64,000 nucleotides of DNA from Octopus sinensis (lineage: Eukaryota), in the NCBI RefSeq assembly GCF_006345805.1, contig NC_042998.1, positions 121,334,001 through 121,398,000 on the forward strand, given 5' to 3'. Shown here piece after piece: positions 35,856 through 61,117 of the stretch (position 1 is the stretch's first letter; each line of letters opens with the position of its first letter). A program made the translations under genes and the position numbers. The notes under the pieces were generated by a model. The model saw only the letters and a list, made by a program, of their open reading frames with translations, was not told the DNA's origin and ran no database searches.

Positions 35856-35939
35856 GATATTTTTGCTGCTTTTTGATAAAGTGTGTGTATATATATATAC
35901 ATACACACATACTTATGAATTTATGTATGAAGAAAGTAC

Positions 35940-36620
35940 AGTGAAATTGCCACAAGGAGTAAAGTATCATTTTGATAGGGTCCTTCATCAGGGTTAAGAT
36001 GATAGAGTGGGGAAGAAAAGGAGCATAGTTCTACATCCTCTGTATCAAGCAACTGGCTGAAATTGACAGAGAACATATGGTAATTTGAGTATAGACAGAA
36101 AATAGTAGGAGAAAGAAGGAAGAAGAAAAGCTGATGATCGGAGGAGATTAAAGTAAGAATGGTGGTGAAGGATAAAAATTGGATTACTGAACTTAGAATG
36201 AATGGAGGAGTAGAAAGTAAATATTCATTTAAACCAGATGACACCATGGTTCCAAGTTTGGATATGAAGTGGTCTTTCTGTTTCATTTAGTGTATGGATC
36301 CAAGATGTACAGAGATGTTTTACACTGATAAATGGGTAATGGAATTAGTCATTGTGTTAAAATGAATAACAGGTTGGCCTGACATATGTAGTAGTGTGCT
36401 TTGAACACATTTATGAAAGTGATGACCTGTTTCCACAATGTAAAATGCACTGAAAAGTTTACAGATGATGCATTATATGAGGGTGCTGGATGTGCAGAAG
36501 TTTTGGATGATGAGATATGGTGGCTTAACCCAGTGATAGTAGTAGCATTGTTAACGTAGAGGCAGGTGTTGCATCATTGGTGAATGCATTTAAAAGTGCC
36601 TGGTTGTATATGGCTAGACT
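35940..36620 (-). mobile_element. Penelope-like element 3' remnant (GIY-YIG endonuclease)
   Basis: The minus strand reads, across frameshifts and stops, PGTFKC..CNTCLYV..NFCTSSTLI*CIICK..FYIVETG, the Cys-rich linker and GIY-YIG pattern of PLEs. A decayed CTGATGAAGG lies downstream at ~35983-35992. Confidence 0.7.
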
Positions 36621-37029
36621 CGATAGTGAATGAGTGCAGTATTTTTATGTTATTGAGTTCAGTGGTTGGTTGTATTTTGTTCTCTAGTATTACTGGTACA
36701 AAAGGTAAACTCAACCTTAATTCGTTATCAGTTAACTCTAGAAAAGCTTGAACACACACACAAAATCAAAAGTGTTCTAGACAAGCCCACCTTTTTAGAC
36801 AATCTATTTCAGATTACATAGGGTATGCTCCCTTTTATAAAACAATAGGGAATTGAAGCTTTGGCTTCTATTCCTTGTAGGTTAAGAGACAATGTAGAAC
36901 TTCTATTGTTAGTATAGATGCTAGAAGTAGCCAAAGTAGAAATAAGCAAACTTGAGCATAACAGTTGCTGTTCTTCCAAACTTAATATTTGTGTCATGCA
37001 TCCAAGCAGTGTTTGGCAGGTTAGGAGCT

Positions 37030-38150
37030 TTCTTTAATGATCACCAATACAATTACTGTAGAACCAGAGCTATTGTGACCTATGGACAAATTTGGTGAAA
37101 ATAATGTCATGCTAAACATCAACAAAGATTTTGAGCATGTCTAGTCTATCAAAACTGATCACATATAGGCTCTATCTGCTGGATAGGTTCCACTCAGATC
37201 ACTATTATGGTATGTATTGACAACAGACCTCTTTCCCTCATTCTATCAATTCAGGTGTGTCCTAGGGTTCAGTTTTATCCCCTCTTCCTTGACACAATGC
37301 CCACTCTTAAGTAGATAACACTATACTTCATTCTTTCCTAGCCTTCCTCAAAAACATCATTTATGTACTTGCAATCTAGCCACTATACATCAAACTCACA
37401 CCAATTCTAAAAACAGACCATAAAAACATTTTCTAATGACTAAGCTAATCTTGTTTTTTCAACAGCAAAACAAAAACTATAAATACTACACATCAAAGAG
37501 ACATCATTACACCACACCACCATTAATCACGAAAAGTAAACTAGAACCCTCATAATTACTCCAAATGTCAAATCTTACTGTTTCCTGAGAAAAACACATC
37601 CTTGACATAACTAGGGCCACATCTCAACAAATGGCTTTTCTTTACAGAACCAGAAGATACTTCAACTCTTAACAATTATTGATACTCTACAAAACTCAGA
37701 TGAGGCCCATAATTGAATATTGCTCTCACATCTGAGACAGTTGTTGTTGCACACAGACATCATAGACTGTGTCCAGAAAAAGGGTCACCCAATTGACTAG
37801 CATAAACTCATTTGTAGGTACACCCCAGTCTCTGGCCCACAGACATGGAGTCTTCTCTGTCTACTTTTCTACCAGTACAATAATGGTTTCTGCTCTTTGG
37901 AGTTGGGTAGGTTCCTGACACCTCTGCATTCCCATCCATCTCACCTCTCTTCAGACTTGTTATGTCCAACCTACCAGACCCCCACACTAATCACCACGCC
38001 AAATTTTCTCTCCAACAATGTAGGTATTCTAGAATTACATCCCTACTCAATTCTTTCCTGTAGATGTTGATTCAAGAGGGACATCAATGGCATCAGCTTC
38101 ACATGTCTTGGGGGTCTGCAAATGCCATTGGCACAATTCCTTACTTCGGT
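37030..38150 (+). mobile_element. Degenerate CR1/Crack-like LINE RT and 3' end
   Basis: NINKDF, SINSGVS*GSVLSP, LYKTQMRPIIEYCSHI, IDCVQK motifs. Confidence 0.75.
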
Positions 38151-38208
38151 CCCAGCAAGTTAAAAATAATGTTTTGTTGTTTTTAACCCTAGGTATGATC
38201 GCGCAGAT

Positions 38209-41060
38209 ATAATAATAATAATAATAATAATTGTGTACAGTGCTCAGGTGCACTACAACTCATCTAAAGTGTATATATAATCAGGTGTAGTTTCGGCGGA
38301 TTTCGGAAAGCATGAGGGCCTTAAAGGATGCAGTGTCATGGCAGTCAACAACTGACGCAGGCAGTTTATTCCACGCTTCAGCAACCCTGAGCGTGAAAAA
38401 ATGTTTCCGAAAGTCATGGGAGCTGTGCTGTTTTCTGACTTTGTAGGCATGTCCACGTGTGTTAGACACATGGAGATCAAAAAGGTGTTCAGTGTTGTTG
38501 TTGGTGAGGTGGTTGATAACCATGTGGGTGTTTACCAAGTCCGTTGCCAGACGCCGGAGCTTCAGTGAATCCATGCCCAGGGAAACAAGGCGCTCAGAAT
38601 ATGGTAGGTGTCTGATGGAGGGTATGCGTTTGGTTGCACGTCTCTGGACAGATTCCAGGAGGTCAATGTTCTGAGCAAGATAGGGATTCCAAACTGATGA
38701 TGCGAATTCCAAGTGTGGTCGTACCATAGCTGTATACAGTTTTAAATAGATGGCTGGAGAGCGGCTAACAAAAGTCTTGCTGAGTGATGCCAAGACACCC
38801 TCGGCCTTGACAATTTTAGAGATATGCTTTGTCCAACGCAAATCACTGCTGACAGTGATGCCTAGGTCACGCTCGCAAGAGGATTTCTTGATATCAGTGT
38901 TGTGGAGGGAGTATGTGGACGCAGGGTTTTTTCTCCCAAAATGCATGGTGGTACACTTGTCCACAGCCAGTTTCAGTTGCCAGTCTGTGATCCATTGCTG
39001 CATTGTGTCTAGGTCTGATTGCAGGAAAGAGTTGTAGACATCAGGATCAGTCCTCTTGATTTCAAGGTACAGCTTGATGTCGTCTGCATATTTCAATACT
39101 GTGGCATTCTTTAAATTGGCATCTATGTCGTTAATGTATGCCACAAACAGGAGGGGACCAAGGACAGATCCCTGTGGTACACCCGATGACATCTCATATG
39201 GTGTAGAGTGCTGTCCTAGAACTGTGACTACCTCCTTTCGGCTGAGGATGAAGGATTTCAACCAGTTAAAAAGGTCATCCCCCACACCCATTGCAGAGAG
39301 TTTCACCATAAGCCTTTTATGTGGCACAGAGTTGAAAGCCTTAGCAAAGTCAAGGTAGACAACATCCACCCATGAGCCACTGTCAGTAATCTGAGTAATG
39401 TCCTCAAGGAACTCGACAAGCTGGTCACTGCAGCTGGAGTTAGGGACAAATCCATATTGTGAGGGTCGGATGAGACTGTGAGAGCTCCAGAAGTTCCAGA
39501 GTGTTTCTCTGACACACGATTCCATCAGTTTTGCAATACAGCTAGTGAGACTGACTGGGCGATAGTTGACAGGTGATGTGTGTCACCCTTTTTGAACAGA
39601 GGAATGACACTGGCAGTTTTCCACTGCTCCGGAGTAGCACCATTGTTGAGACAGTACTGGAAGAAAATAGAAAGCTGGTGTAAAAGGAAGTGCCTGCCAC
39701 GTTTGAGAAGCAGGTATGTAACTCCATCGAGACCAGGGGAGGCATAGTTGCGCTTATTTTGAAGGTGACGTCGCAGCATTGCAGGTGTAAATTCCATAGT
39801 TGTTATGGAGTTTGCTGTTAGTGATGGTGAAGATGGTACATTTTGACTTTCAACAGTGAATATGTTTGCATAGCACTCGGCAATGAGTTCTGCGCATTCC
39901 TTGGGGTCGTCAGTGATCTGGTTCGTGTGAGGGTTGCGAAGAGGGCCCACTGGAGAGTGAGGTCTCTGCTTTGAATGCACATATTTCCAGAAAACCTTGC
40001 TGTCAGGATTGGCTGCTATGCACTGTTCAAATTCAAGCACTGCATTTTTTGTCACTTGCTTGAGATGGTTGGAGGATTTATTCCGCTTCTTCCTGTTGGT
40101 GTCTGATTTATGCAACTTGTATTCCTGTTCAGCAGTCCGACGTTCCTTCCTGGCAAGTCGGACTGCTGAAGTTTCCCAAATTGCCCTTTTGGGGCGGTTC
40201 TTCTTTTTTTGTTTACGTGGCACTGATGCTGCACATGCTGCCCATATTGAGTCCAGGATACTCTGGAGTATAGTATTCACATCTCCAGAGTTGTAGAATT
40301 CACGCCAGTTTGGGTGCTGTAGTTCAGTGTGGTACAGGTTCCAATCTGCTCTCTTCCAATCGAAGGAAGCAGATTGGAGATGGTTCAGGTGTTTGTTGCC
40401 CGCAAGAGCCAGATTGGCGATGATCATAGCATGATCAGAGTCACCTAGAGGTTCCTCCGTAGTGCAATTGATAACCGCTTCAGGAGTTGTGGTGAAGAGC
40501 AGGTCCAAGGTGTTGTCGCCTCTTGTTGGAGAGGTGACTACTTGTGACCAGTTTGAGTCCAGCACAAGCTCAACAAAATCGTTTGCACTCTGTGGCCAAC
40601 GGAAGGTTTCCCAATCGATCTCAGGATGATTGAAATCGCCTGCAATAAACACATAAGTGGCTGTTTTCCTGGCTGCAGCTCGGAGGATGTTGCAAAGCTG
40701 TGTGTCCTGATGGTAATTTGGGGGACGATAAACAACGCCAAGCAGGAGTGTTGACATGGTCATACGTACGTCACAGAAAAAAACTTCTTCTTGTGATTCG
40801 TTCAAATCGGCACAAGGAATTACCAAAAAATTTGAACGAACGTAGACCATCACACCACCACCACGGCGGTTAGTGCGGTCCTTACGGAAGAGGTTGTACC
40901 CCGTGATGTTGAAAACCCCATCACAGAGTAAGGAATGCGCCCATGTTTCCGTGACAGTGATGAAGTCAGGGTCAACACTTCTGACGTAGGCGTTGAACAA
41001 ATGTATTTTGTTGCATAAACTGCATTTAAGGACAACAATTTGTACCCTGCTCGCAGTTTA
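38209..41060 (-). mobile_element. CR1-clade LINE, near-intact ORF2 (APE endonuclease plus RT) with (ATT)n tail
   Basis: ORF 39525-41000 (TETW, YRPP, GDFN, LDL, SDH) and ORF 38281-39525 (LDFAKAF, GVPQGSVLGP, YADD, TRGH..FFTLRV..WNKLP) are joined by a single frameshift near 39575. A second frameshift lies near 41020. The tail is at 38209-38231. Confidence 0.96.
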
Positions 41061-41470
41061 TGATGGTGTGTGGAGGATGGCAGGTTGTCCTGGCTTAGTT
41101 TCCCTGAGTTGCTGTAGTCTTTTTAGTTATTGTGGGTAGTGAGCACTCAGACCAGCTGGTATCTCTCTTCCACGTTTCATCAGTCTTGACAAATCTCCAG
41201 ATTGACAAGACGAAGACACGTGCTGTCACGGAAACAGCCGAATTGAAGAGTTTTGATTTTGTCAAGTCATATCGAAAGACTTGATTCTACTCACCATTTA
41301 CTACTAACACGAGGGAGCTTCTACCTTTCAGATTTTGTAAACAAATCTACCTCAAAGCACACTTTATCGTCTTAAATAGTAAAAAAAAAAAAAACTTTGC
41401 ATGATGATGTTCTAGATATAGTATGCCCGAAAAGAAAAAGACAGGCCAGAGTTGGAGTCCCTTAGATGAT

Positions 41471-42431
41471 ATACTCCTATTTGTTTCTTGTTGATGTTTT
41501 GATTTTTAACGCCAGTAACAGACACGTCTGTTTTCAAAACAAGATTGAAAAGGCTCTTATACTAATTGTTCAGGGCTAAGAAATTCAGTTTTGTCACGGG
41601 GAAAATTATCAAGGAATGTGAGAAGAAAGCGAATGGGTTGTACGTGCGTGCGTGCTTGTTTGCTTGTTATGTGTTGTGGAACATAGATATAACGGATTTA
41701 TGCCAGCAATGTCTCATTTTAAACATGAAGGTTTTTTTTTCTTCAAGTTTAAGACATTACTAGCGTAATTTCGTTATATCTATATTCCACAATACATTAA
41801 TACATAAAAACAGAACAGGTACACACACAGAACAAGCACGCACGTGCACACAAACACAGACAAGAACAAGCGAACACGCACGCACGTACAACCCATTAGC
41901 TTTCTTCTCCTCCTCCCATTTCGTCAACTGACAGTTGACGAGACACAGACACATGCTTTCACGGAAACAACCGAATTGAAGTGTTTTGATTCTGTCCAGT
42001 CATATCGAAAGAATACCGAAAATTCTCTAGAATCAGTTTTTGAAATTGATATACTGCCCAAGTCTATACATTTGTCCTCATCTTGTTTGTTGTTAACAAC
42101 GTTTCTGCTGATATATCCACCAACTTTCATCAGGTGTCTTGGGGAAATTTGGAACTTGGGTTCTCATTCCTAAGGTACTTTTCAATGTAATTATTATTAT
42201 TATTATTATTATTCAGGTCACTGCCTGGAATCGAACTCGGAATCTTGGGGTTAGAAGCCCGCGTTCTTAACGCCATATGCCCGGTGTCCTTGATAATTTT
42301 CCCCATGACAAAACTGAATTTCTTAGCCCTGAACAATTAGTATAAGAGCCTTTTCAATCTTGTTTTGAAAACAGACGTGTCTGTTACTGGCGTTAAAAAT
42401 CAAAACATCAACAAGAAACAAATAGGAGTAT
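41471..42431. repeat. 145-bp near-perfect inverted repeat enclosing ~670 bp
   Basis: Arms 41471-41615 and 42287-42431 are reverse complements, with one mismatch seen (CACGGGG vs CATGGGG). Confidence 0.92.
42050..42283 (-). mobile_element. tRNA-Arg-like SINE
   Basis: Minus strand GGGCATATGGCG..GCGGGCTTCTAACCCCAAGATTCCGAGTTCGATTCC (B box), followed by an internal (AAT)n run and SINE body. Confidence 0.7.
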
Positions 42432-42519
42432 CAAGCAGTTAATTTTATGCTGTAAGGAAGAAACAGAAGACCTGTACGTTTTGGAAATAATATTTTTTTC
42501 AATGAACTTTGCATTTTGA

Positions 42520-42710
42520 AAGGTCAACACTGATCAAGCAAACCTATGATGAAACGCATTCCAGCCGTGACTCTCCCATCTTTTTTTCCATTAGAAAACC
42601 AGAACCATATTAATGTCCATTTTTAAAACAGAAGAGTGAGATCTAAGGTAGATTCGATTGCTATGTCTACTATCTCGAGCGACCATGTAGAGGCTCTTTT
42701 GTTGATTCGT
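42520..42710 (+). repeat. Copy of an abundant ~190-bp dispersed repeat (probable SINE body)
   Basis: Motifs ATTCCAGCC.TGAC..TCCC and GATTTG.CTGCTATTTCTAGC..GACCATGTAGAGG recur at ~3250, 8170(-), 10200, 10960(-), 13630(-), 20140(-), 28210, 46900, 55780 and 56990. Confidence 0.65.
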
Positions 42711-44568
42711 ACGGAATATGTTTAGAATGGAATGGTATGATTTGACATAGCTGAGACCTATTTAAAGGATAAAATAGTTATTTTAGTGAGAAGAGAAAGA
42801 TAGCAGCAGTCATGTTGAGAGATATTAATAACATATAGGAACAAAGAAATTAAATATTCTTTGCTTTTATTGTAGTAGCCATTGCTGTTCACTTGATTCC
42901 TAAACACCAACTGTAGTGGCCAAACCAGTAGTCCTATCCGATCCCGTTTTCTTTTCCTTTTAACAAAAAGATTTACGAGGGAAAATTGTGAACGACACCG
43001 GTCTCCTTTGTTTAGATTAATACACTTTATCTTTATATATGTGTGTGCGTGTGTAATATTTTGTATTAAAAAATATTGATCTCATGTGAGACTTTTTGCC
43101 TTATTTGACATTTATTTCATATCGTTGTAAAATATAAAAGTCGAGAATTTTGCAAGCTAATAGAATAACAGTTATAAAATATGATAGAGGTTCTATAATA
43201 AAGCTGGAGTAATTCTCCATCAAACAAAGACGTAACTAACAAAAGAAAAACTTCCGAAAAAATTTTGAATTAAAAACAAAACAAAACAATTACGAACTTA
43301 TATTTTTTTATTGTATAATCTCGTGTCCTGATGTAACAGACAATTAAAGGCGTTCCATCCATGAACGTCCCATATTTTTCTACATCTGTGATTGTCTTGC
43401 CTGTGTCAATTTTTTTTAAGAGAGGGGAATGTGATACGAAGCTAATAACTTAGTTAAGTTTTACCCGCTGGCTTCTAATTTGTCTTTAGTATTTCATTTT
43501 AATTACGATTTCTAATTTATATTTATTACATTTTATAAATGTTTCCTCTAAACATAGTTTTTTCCTTCCAATACCAATAAGTTGGTCTTATCTATTTTTG
43601 TCTCGGAATTACATCTGTCGTTCTTTTGTTTTTCATTAAAAGTAACTTGAATTTTAAAGACTTACGTGATCAATTTGATAACGATGTTATTTAAAAATTG
43701 TCATTCTAAAAATTATTGCATTTTTGACTTACGTATTCCTTACATGTCGAAATTTATTTCAAGTAAAACAAGTTTCACCTACCAGGGGCAATATCTTCAT
43801 ATACTCTATCATCTTTAAAAAACAAAAAAAAGCGAAAAGAAAAGCAAGAGCACCGGAAGCACTGTGAATGAAAAAACAAACTTTAAATTGAGTGATAAAA
43901 GCTGAAATGTCTTTGATCATAGATCTGCTCTATCCGGAGTTACATAGGACTCCATAACAGAATAAAACAAAGAATTATCTTTGCACATAATGATTTGGTT
44001 AAAGCCTCAGAATTCGTACGTTACTGAACGTCCTTGACCTCCGGTATAAAACGGCGATGACTTAGTAACCGATACACAATGCACACATTCGGCAATTTTG
44101 AAAAATATATAGATATAAATGAGTCATAAATGGTATATTTACTCACATCATTCAATTATGATAAAGCCAAAGGAGACTTTATCAAGGCGACGTAAAAATA
44201 TTAAATTACAAATAACACGTGCTTTTTTTTTTTATCTCGTCTGTTTGTGTGTATCTCGCTTGTCAGTTTCGACCGAGCAAATATTTAATTAAAAATATTT
44301 CGGGTGTAGTCATTGTTGTAAATGCGCATTGTTCAATTTGTATTTCTTTTTAAAGATAGCGGGATGTGATTTGAGGGAGATTTGGGACCTATTTCTTGCA
44401 GGTCGAAATATAGTGTAGAGGCCTCCAACATTGGCTCATGTATATGTATGTACACACACACATAGGTATATATATATATATATATATATATAAGTGTCCA
44501 GCCAATGCCAACTTAGAAAACGGACGTTGAGCGATGATGGTGATATATATATATATATATATAATTAA

Positions 44569-44930
44569 CATCATCATCGTTTAACGTCCGCTTTTCATGC
44601 TGGCATGGGTTGGACGATTTGACTGAAAATTGGCAAGCCAAAAGGCTCCAATCTGATCTGGCAAGGTTTCTACAGCGGGATGCCCTTCGCAACAACAACC
44701 ACTCAGAGAGTGTACTGAGTGCTTTTTAACGTGTCACTGGCACTGGTATTGACCATGCTCGAATGGTGCTTTTTACATGCCACCAGTCAGGCGACGTCAT
44801 TGTTTGACGCCTGTGTTTCATGCTGGTATGGACTGGACGGTTTGACAGGAGGTAGCCAGCTGGAGGGCTGTCCAGACTCCAATTGTCTGTTTTGGACATG
44901 GTTTCTACTGGATGGCCTTCCTAACGCTAA
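44569..44930 (-). mobile_element. Two stacked RTE 3'-end fragments
   Basis: CATCATCGTTTAACGTCCGCTTTTCATGCTGGCATGGG at 44572, and a second degenerate end at ~44800. Confidence 0.75.
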
Positions 44931-47900
44931 TATATATTTAACAGGATGATTAGTTGAAAAATTAAGCTGCTTTGAGTTCCAATATACGTGTGTATGTAGA
45001 TAAAACCAGGTAGTGTTAAATGCAACGATTTTATTCAACCCATTAAAGAGCATTAACATGGCAAAATTGTTGAAATCCATCTTGAATGATGCTGTCAGAA
45101 AATATACATAATTTTTTTTTCATGCTGTTGGTACTTGGATAGAACAGGAAAACAAATATGTGACATGGCTTCTGCTAGAGGACAGGAACAGATGTAATGC
45201 ATCAAGGTATCTGTGAAATAAACTTCCTTTCTGCTGAAATCTGAACTTGACCATGCTATCCTACCACACTAAAGAATAACAGGAAAGGTTCCTCATTTTA
45301 AAGTTGATAGTAGGCTCCAGCGAACAGACACAATTTGCTTGCACTCAGCTGGTCTGTCACGTGATGGGATGGATAGTCCGCATAAAGCTAGGACCTGGTC
45401 GTCACATGGCTACTTGTAGAAAACATAGCATATGAGTCGATATTTGGGTATCTAAAGGTAGACAAGAAAACTGTGGACATATACTTGCTACATATATTCA
45501 TATAATACACACACACACATACATACAAAATTAGCAAGATGAAATGGTATCATTATCTTAATATCAATAACTTGTTAGGGAGTTTGTATCATACATTTGG
45601 TGAGGTGAATAAGAGTGCATGTGGCTAAGACCCTGGTAATATAATAATCTGGTTTCAAATGAGTTATAAAGAGCATCAAGAAATATGAAGACACAAGTTA
45701 AAGTTGACTGCCACATTTATTTCACCACTAATAGAAGACACAGTAAACTGGTACACATGAATAATCCTGTTAATTAAAATACATTGGTTCCATGTGCTTC
45801 TTGAAGATGTAGATGTATGCAGGAAAAACACAAAGCTTGGCAACAAAACAACTCTGCTAACAATTCTCTCCTCACTAACGCTGCAAAGTGGAATAAAGCT
45901 GCTCTCATGCTGAAGATCTGAACTCCATCATGACGACCCATATCACTGAGGAAATAGCGGGAAAAGCTTCCCCTATGTAGCTGATGGTGGTGTACTTGGC
46001 TAGTCTGTCATATGATGTGGTGGATAGCCCACATAAAGTTAGGATTTGAGCATCATGTGATGAGCCAAAATGTGGGTACCTAAAGGTAAAGAGCCTAACT
46101 ATGAACATGTTTCTGCTACATGTGCAACAGTTTGGTAGATAACAACTGGCAAAGAAAGTTCTTTCCATAATGATGTAGTTGTTGGCAGGTTCTGTAGTTT
46201 TGCTTGATAAAAAAAATCAGGATCAGTTTCATCTAACCAAATTGACATTGTGGGAATGTGAACACAAGAGAAAGAATGGAATGTGAGAGTGATCTGCCAT
46301 GGGTTTTAGTTTTAAGTCACTAGTTTAGCAAAAGTAGTTCATTAACTTAACTAATTTGTCATCTTTTAAACATTGTAAAACCAATACTATAATTGTATTC
46401 ATCATTCTTACTAACTCATAATTGGTGCTAAATAATCAGAACCAAGAAAAGGGGCATACTGAACCAAATGTAAGCCTAAAGCGATAGGTATATCATGGCT
46501 GGAATGCCAACAATCATAGGTTTGCTTTTGATCAGGTCAGTCCTCAAGCTAAATAAAAATGACTGCACTGTACACCAAGTAACACTCTCTACAGTTATTT
46601 ATTAGAGTGTGTATCATAATTATGCTTTGTTAGTACACTATGATGCCAAGAAAAAGAGCAGCAACCTTTTTCTAAATCTGCTACTTGTGTGGCAGATCTT
46701 GGTGAAGAATGAGAAACTGGAAATAGATGGTTACTGCAAAAGTCTTGAAAACTAGTGAAGATTCAGTCACTTACCAAAGTAGAAACTATGCAAATACTTT
46801 AGTAGCAAGGACCTCAATAAATACATGGGTAATACCTAAGTTAGAAATGTGCAAGAACAATCCAGGAGTAATAAAGTAGTCGTATTTCTCCTGGTTCTTG
46901 TTTAAACCCAAATCATCCCTTATTAAGTGAAGCAGTGTTCCAGCCATGACCATTCTGTCTTCTTTACATACTGGATGGAGAACTAGATTATCTAATGTTT
47001 CTCTTTTTTAAGAAAGTAGGGTGTTATTTTAAGGAGGCTTGGAAGTTATTTTTAACAGATTGAACAGTCATACAGAGACACCATTTTCAGTTCAAACAGT
47101 ACTACTGGTATAATTCAGGTAGATCCAGATATAGAGTCTTCTATTATTAATTGGAAGCAACTGCGATAAAAATTGGCACGATTCTTGTTTTTTTTTCCAT
47201 TCAAAGGAGACAAAAAGATTTTTAATAATAATAATTAATCGAATATATTTAAAATATTTATCATTAACATCAACTATTTACTAAATTTTATGATGAAACA
47301 CAACATAGATTGAAAGCAATTAGTAAATAATTACTGCTTACAACAAGTCAGTGTTCTTTGCAAAATGAAATCACTTGAAAGTGATCACCAGATTCTTGGT
47401 AGAAAGATGATACATTATAATTTGGAGAAAACATTGCATTGGGTAATAAACTTCCTTTTGATATCTAAAACTTTGTACACCACTCTATAGTTAAAGGTTG
47501 TTTTCATCTCATGTTTGGAGCAAGTCTGAGATTAAAAAACAAGAGATACACTAAGTATATTTTTTAAAAAAAAGTTTCTTTTCTCATACAAAGTTTACTT
47601 GTTTACTTTTTTGAAATTATTTTTTATTCTTTAATTTCAGGTTAGGTCTGTAACTAGCATTTACAATAAAGCTACCACATATGCTGTCTGTTTTATTTCC
47701 AACTTCATGTTGTGCCCATACAACAAAACATCTCTTAAGAGTGTTTTTCCCACTCATACTGTTTCCCCATCACTACTATTGGAGCCTTTGCTTCCTGAAT
47801 TGCATACCCCTTCCATGTGATGCATTAAGCTTTCCTTTTCTCATTATCCATTCTATGTTGTTTCCCATGAATGCTCTAAGCATTCAGCCCTGTCAGTCTT

Positions 47901-48110
47901 CACTAGAATTGTAACTGTCTGGAATTTGTTCCCCACCCACATCATTCCAAGAAACATTGATCTACATGTGTTCAAATGAAACATCAATCACATTGGCTTT
48001 ACAAAAGTCTCCCTTATGAAAAGAGAGAGAGATCCAAATAAAAAAGTGAAAAATATTTTTGAATACAGAACATTTAGTCAGAACTCAGAATCATTCAAAA
48101 CAACAGCATT

Positions 48111-48120
48111 TTTATTTATT
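48111..48120 (-). other. Candidate WDR5 polyadenylation signals
   Basis: Overlapping AATAAA hexamers on the minus strand ~350 nt after the WDR5 stop. Confidence 0.5.
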
Positions 48121-48471
48121 TATTTAAATAGTGTAATTAGCTAATTGTTTAAAAATTGTACAGGTTGATGATGATGATAGAATCAAACTTAGATATAGAT
48201 ATGTCCATTGCAAAGTATGAGAAATGTGAAGGTAATGGAAAAGAATGTAACAACGGCAATTTGAGACAAGAACAAAGTTCCAATGAAGTTATGGACTTTA
48301 TATCTTCAAAAATGATTCTGCTGTAGTTGATTTTAGTAATGAGATGCATTCATGAAATTCCCTGTCAATTTCTCCGGTGAACTCTGAGGTTTGATAGGCA
48401 ATTTGATTTTCCTGTAAGCACACTGTGTAGGAAATATGTACAATTCAAAAATTTCCATTTGATCTCCAAAG

Positions 48472-60838
<12,367 letters not shown>

Positions 60839-61117
60839 CTACAAGAAAATGTAATTGGAAAGAATTTATTATAATTATGATTAGAAATCTTTCACAAACC
60901 AACTTCATCACAATCAGAAAAAGAATTTAACATCAGTTTAATAAAATGTTATTAGCTCATTATATTAAAGAACATGAAAACAAAATCTCCCAACAAGGTT
61001 TTCATAATGAAACAAAACCTTTTCTCTGCGACACTGAAATAGTGAGATTGAAAGAAATTGGGGTTGCATTGTTTTGATAAGAAATAATTCTAACACTTCA
61101 TTTCTAGTAATTAGTAT

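Noticed and set aside
38459-40296. Plus-strand ORFs over the CR1
   Set aside because: Antisense shadows of the CR1 ORF2.
42222-42283. tRNA-Arg gene
   Set aside because: The D-arm is truncated, the acceptor stem does not pair, and it continues into a SINE body.
43783-43812. Exon of a Vav ortholog (YEDI motif; VAV2 is near WDR5 in human)
   Set aside because: No CH, DH, PH or SH2 exons were found on either side.
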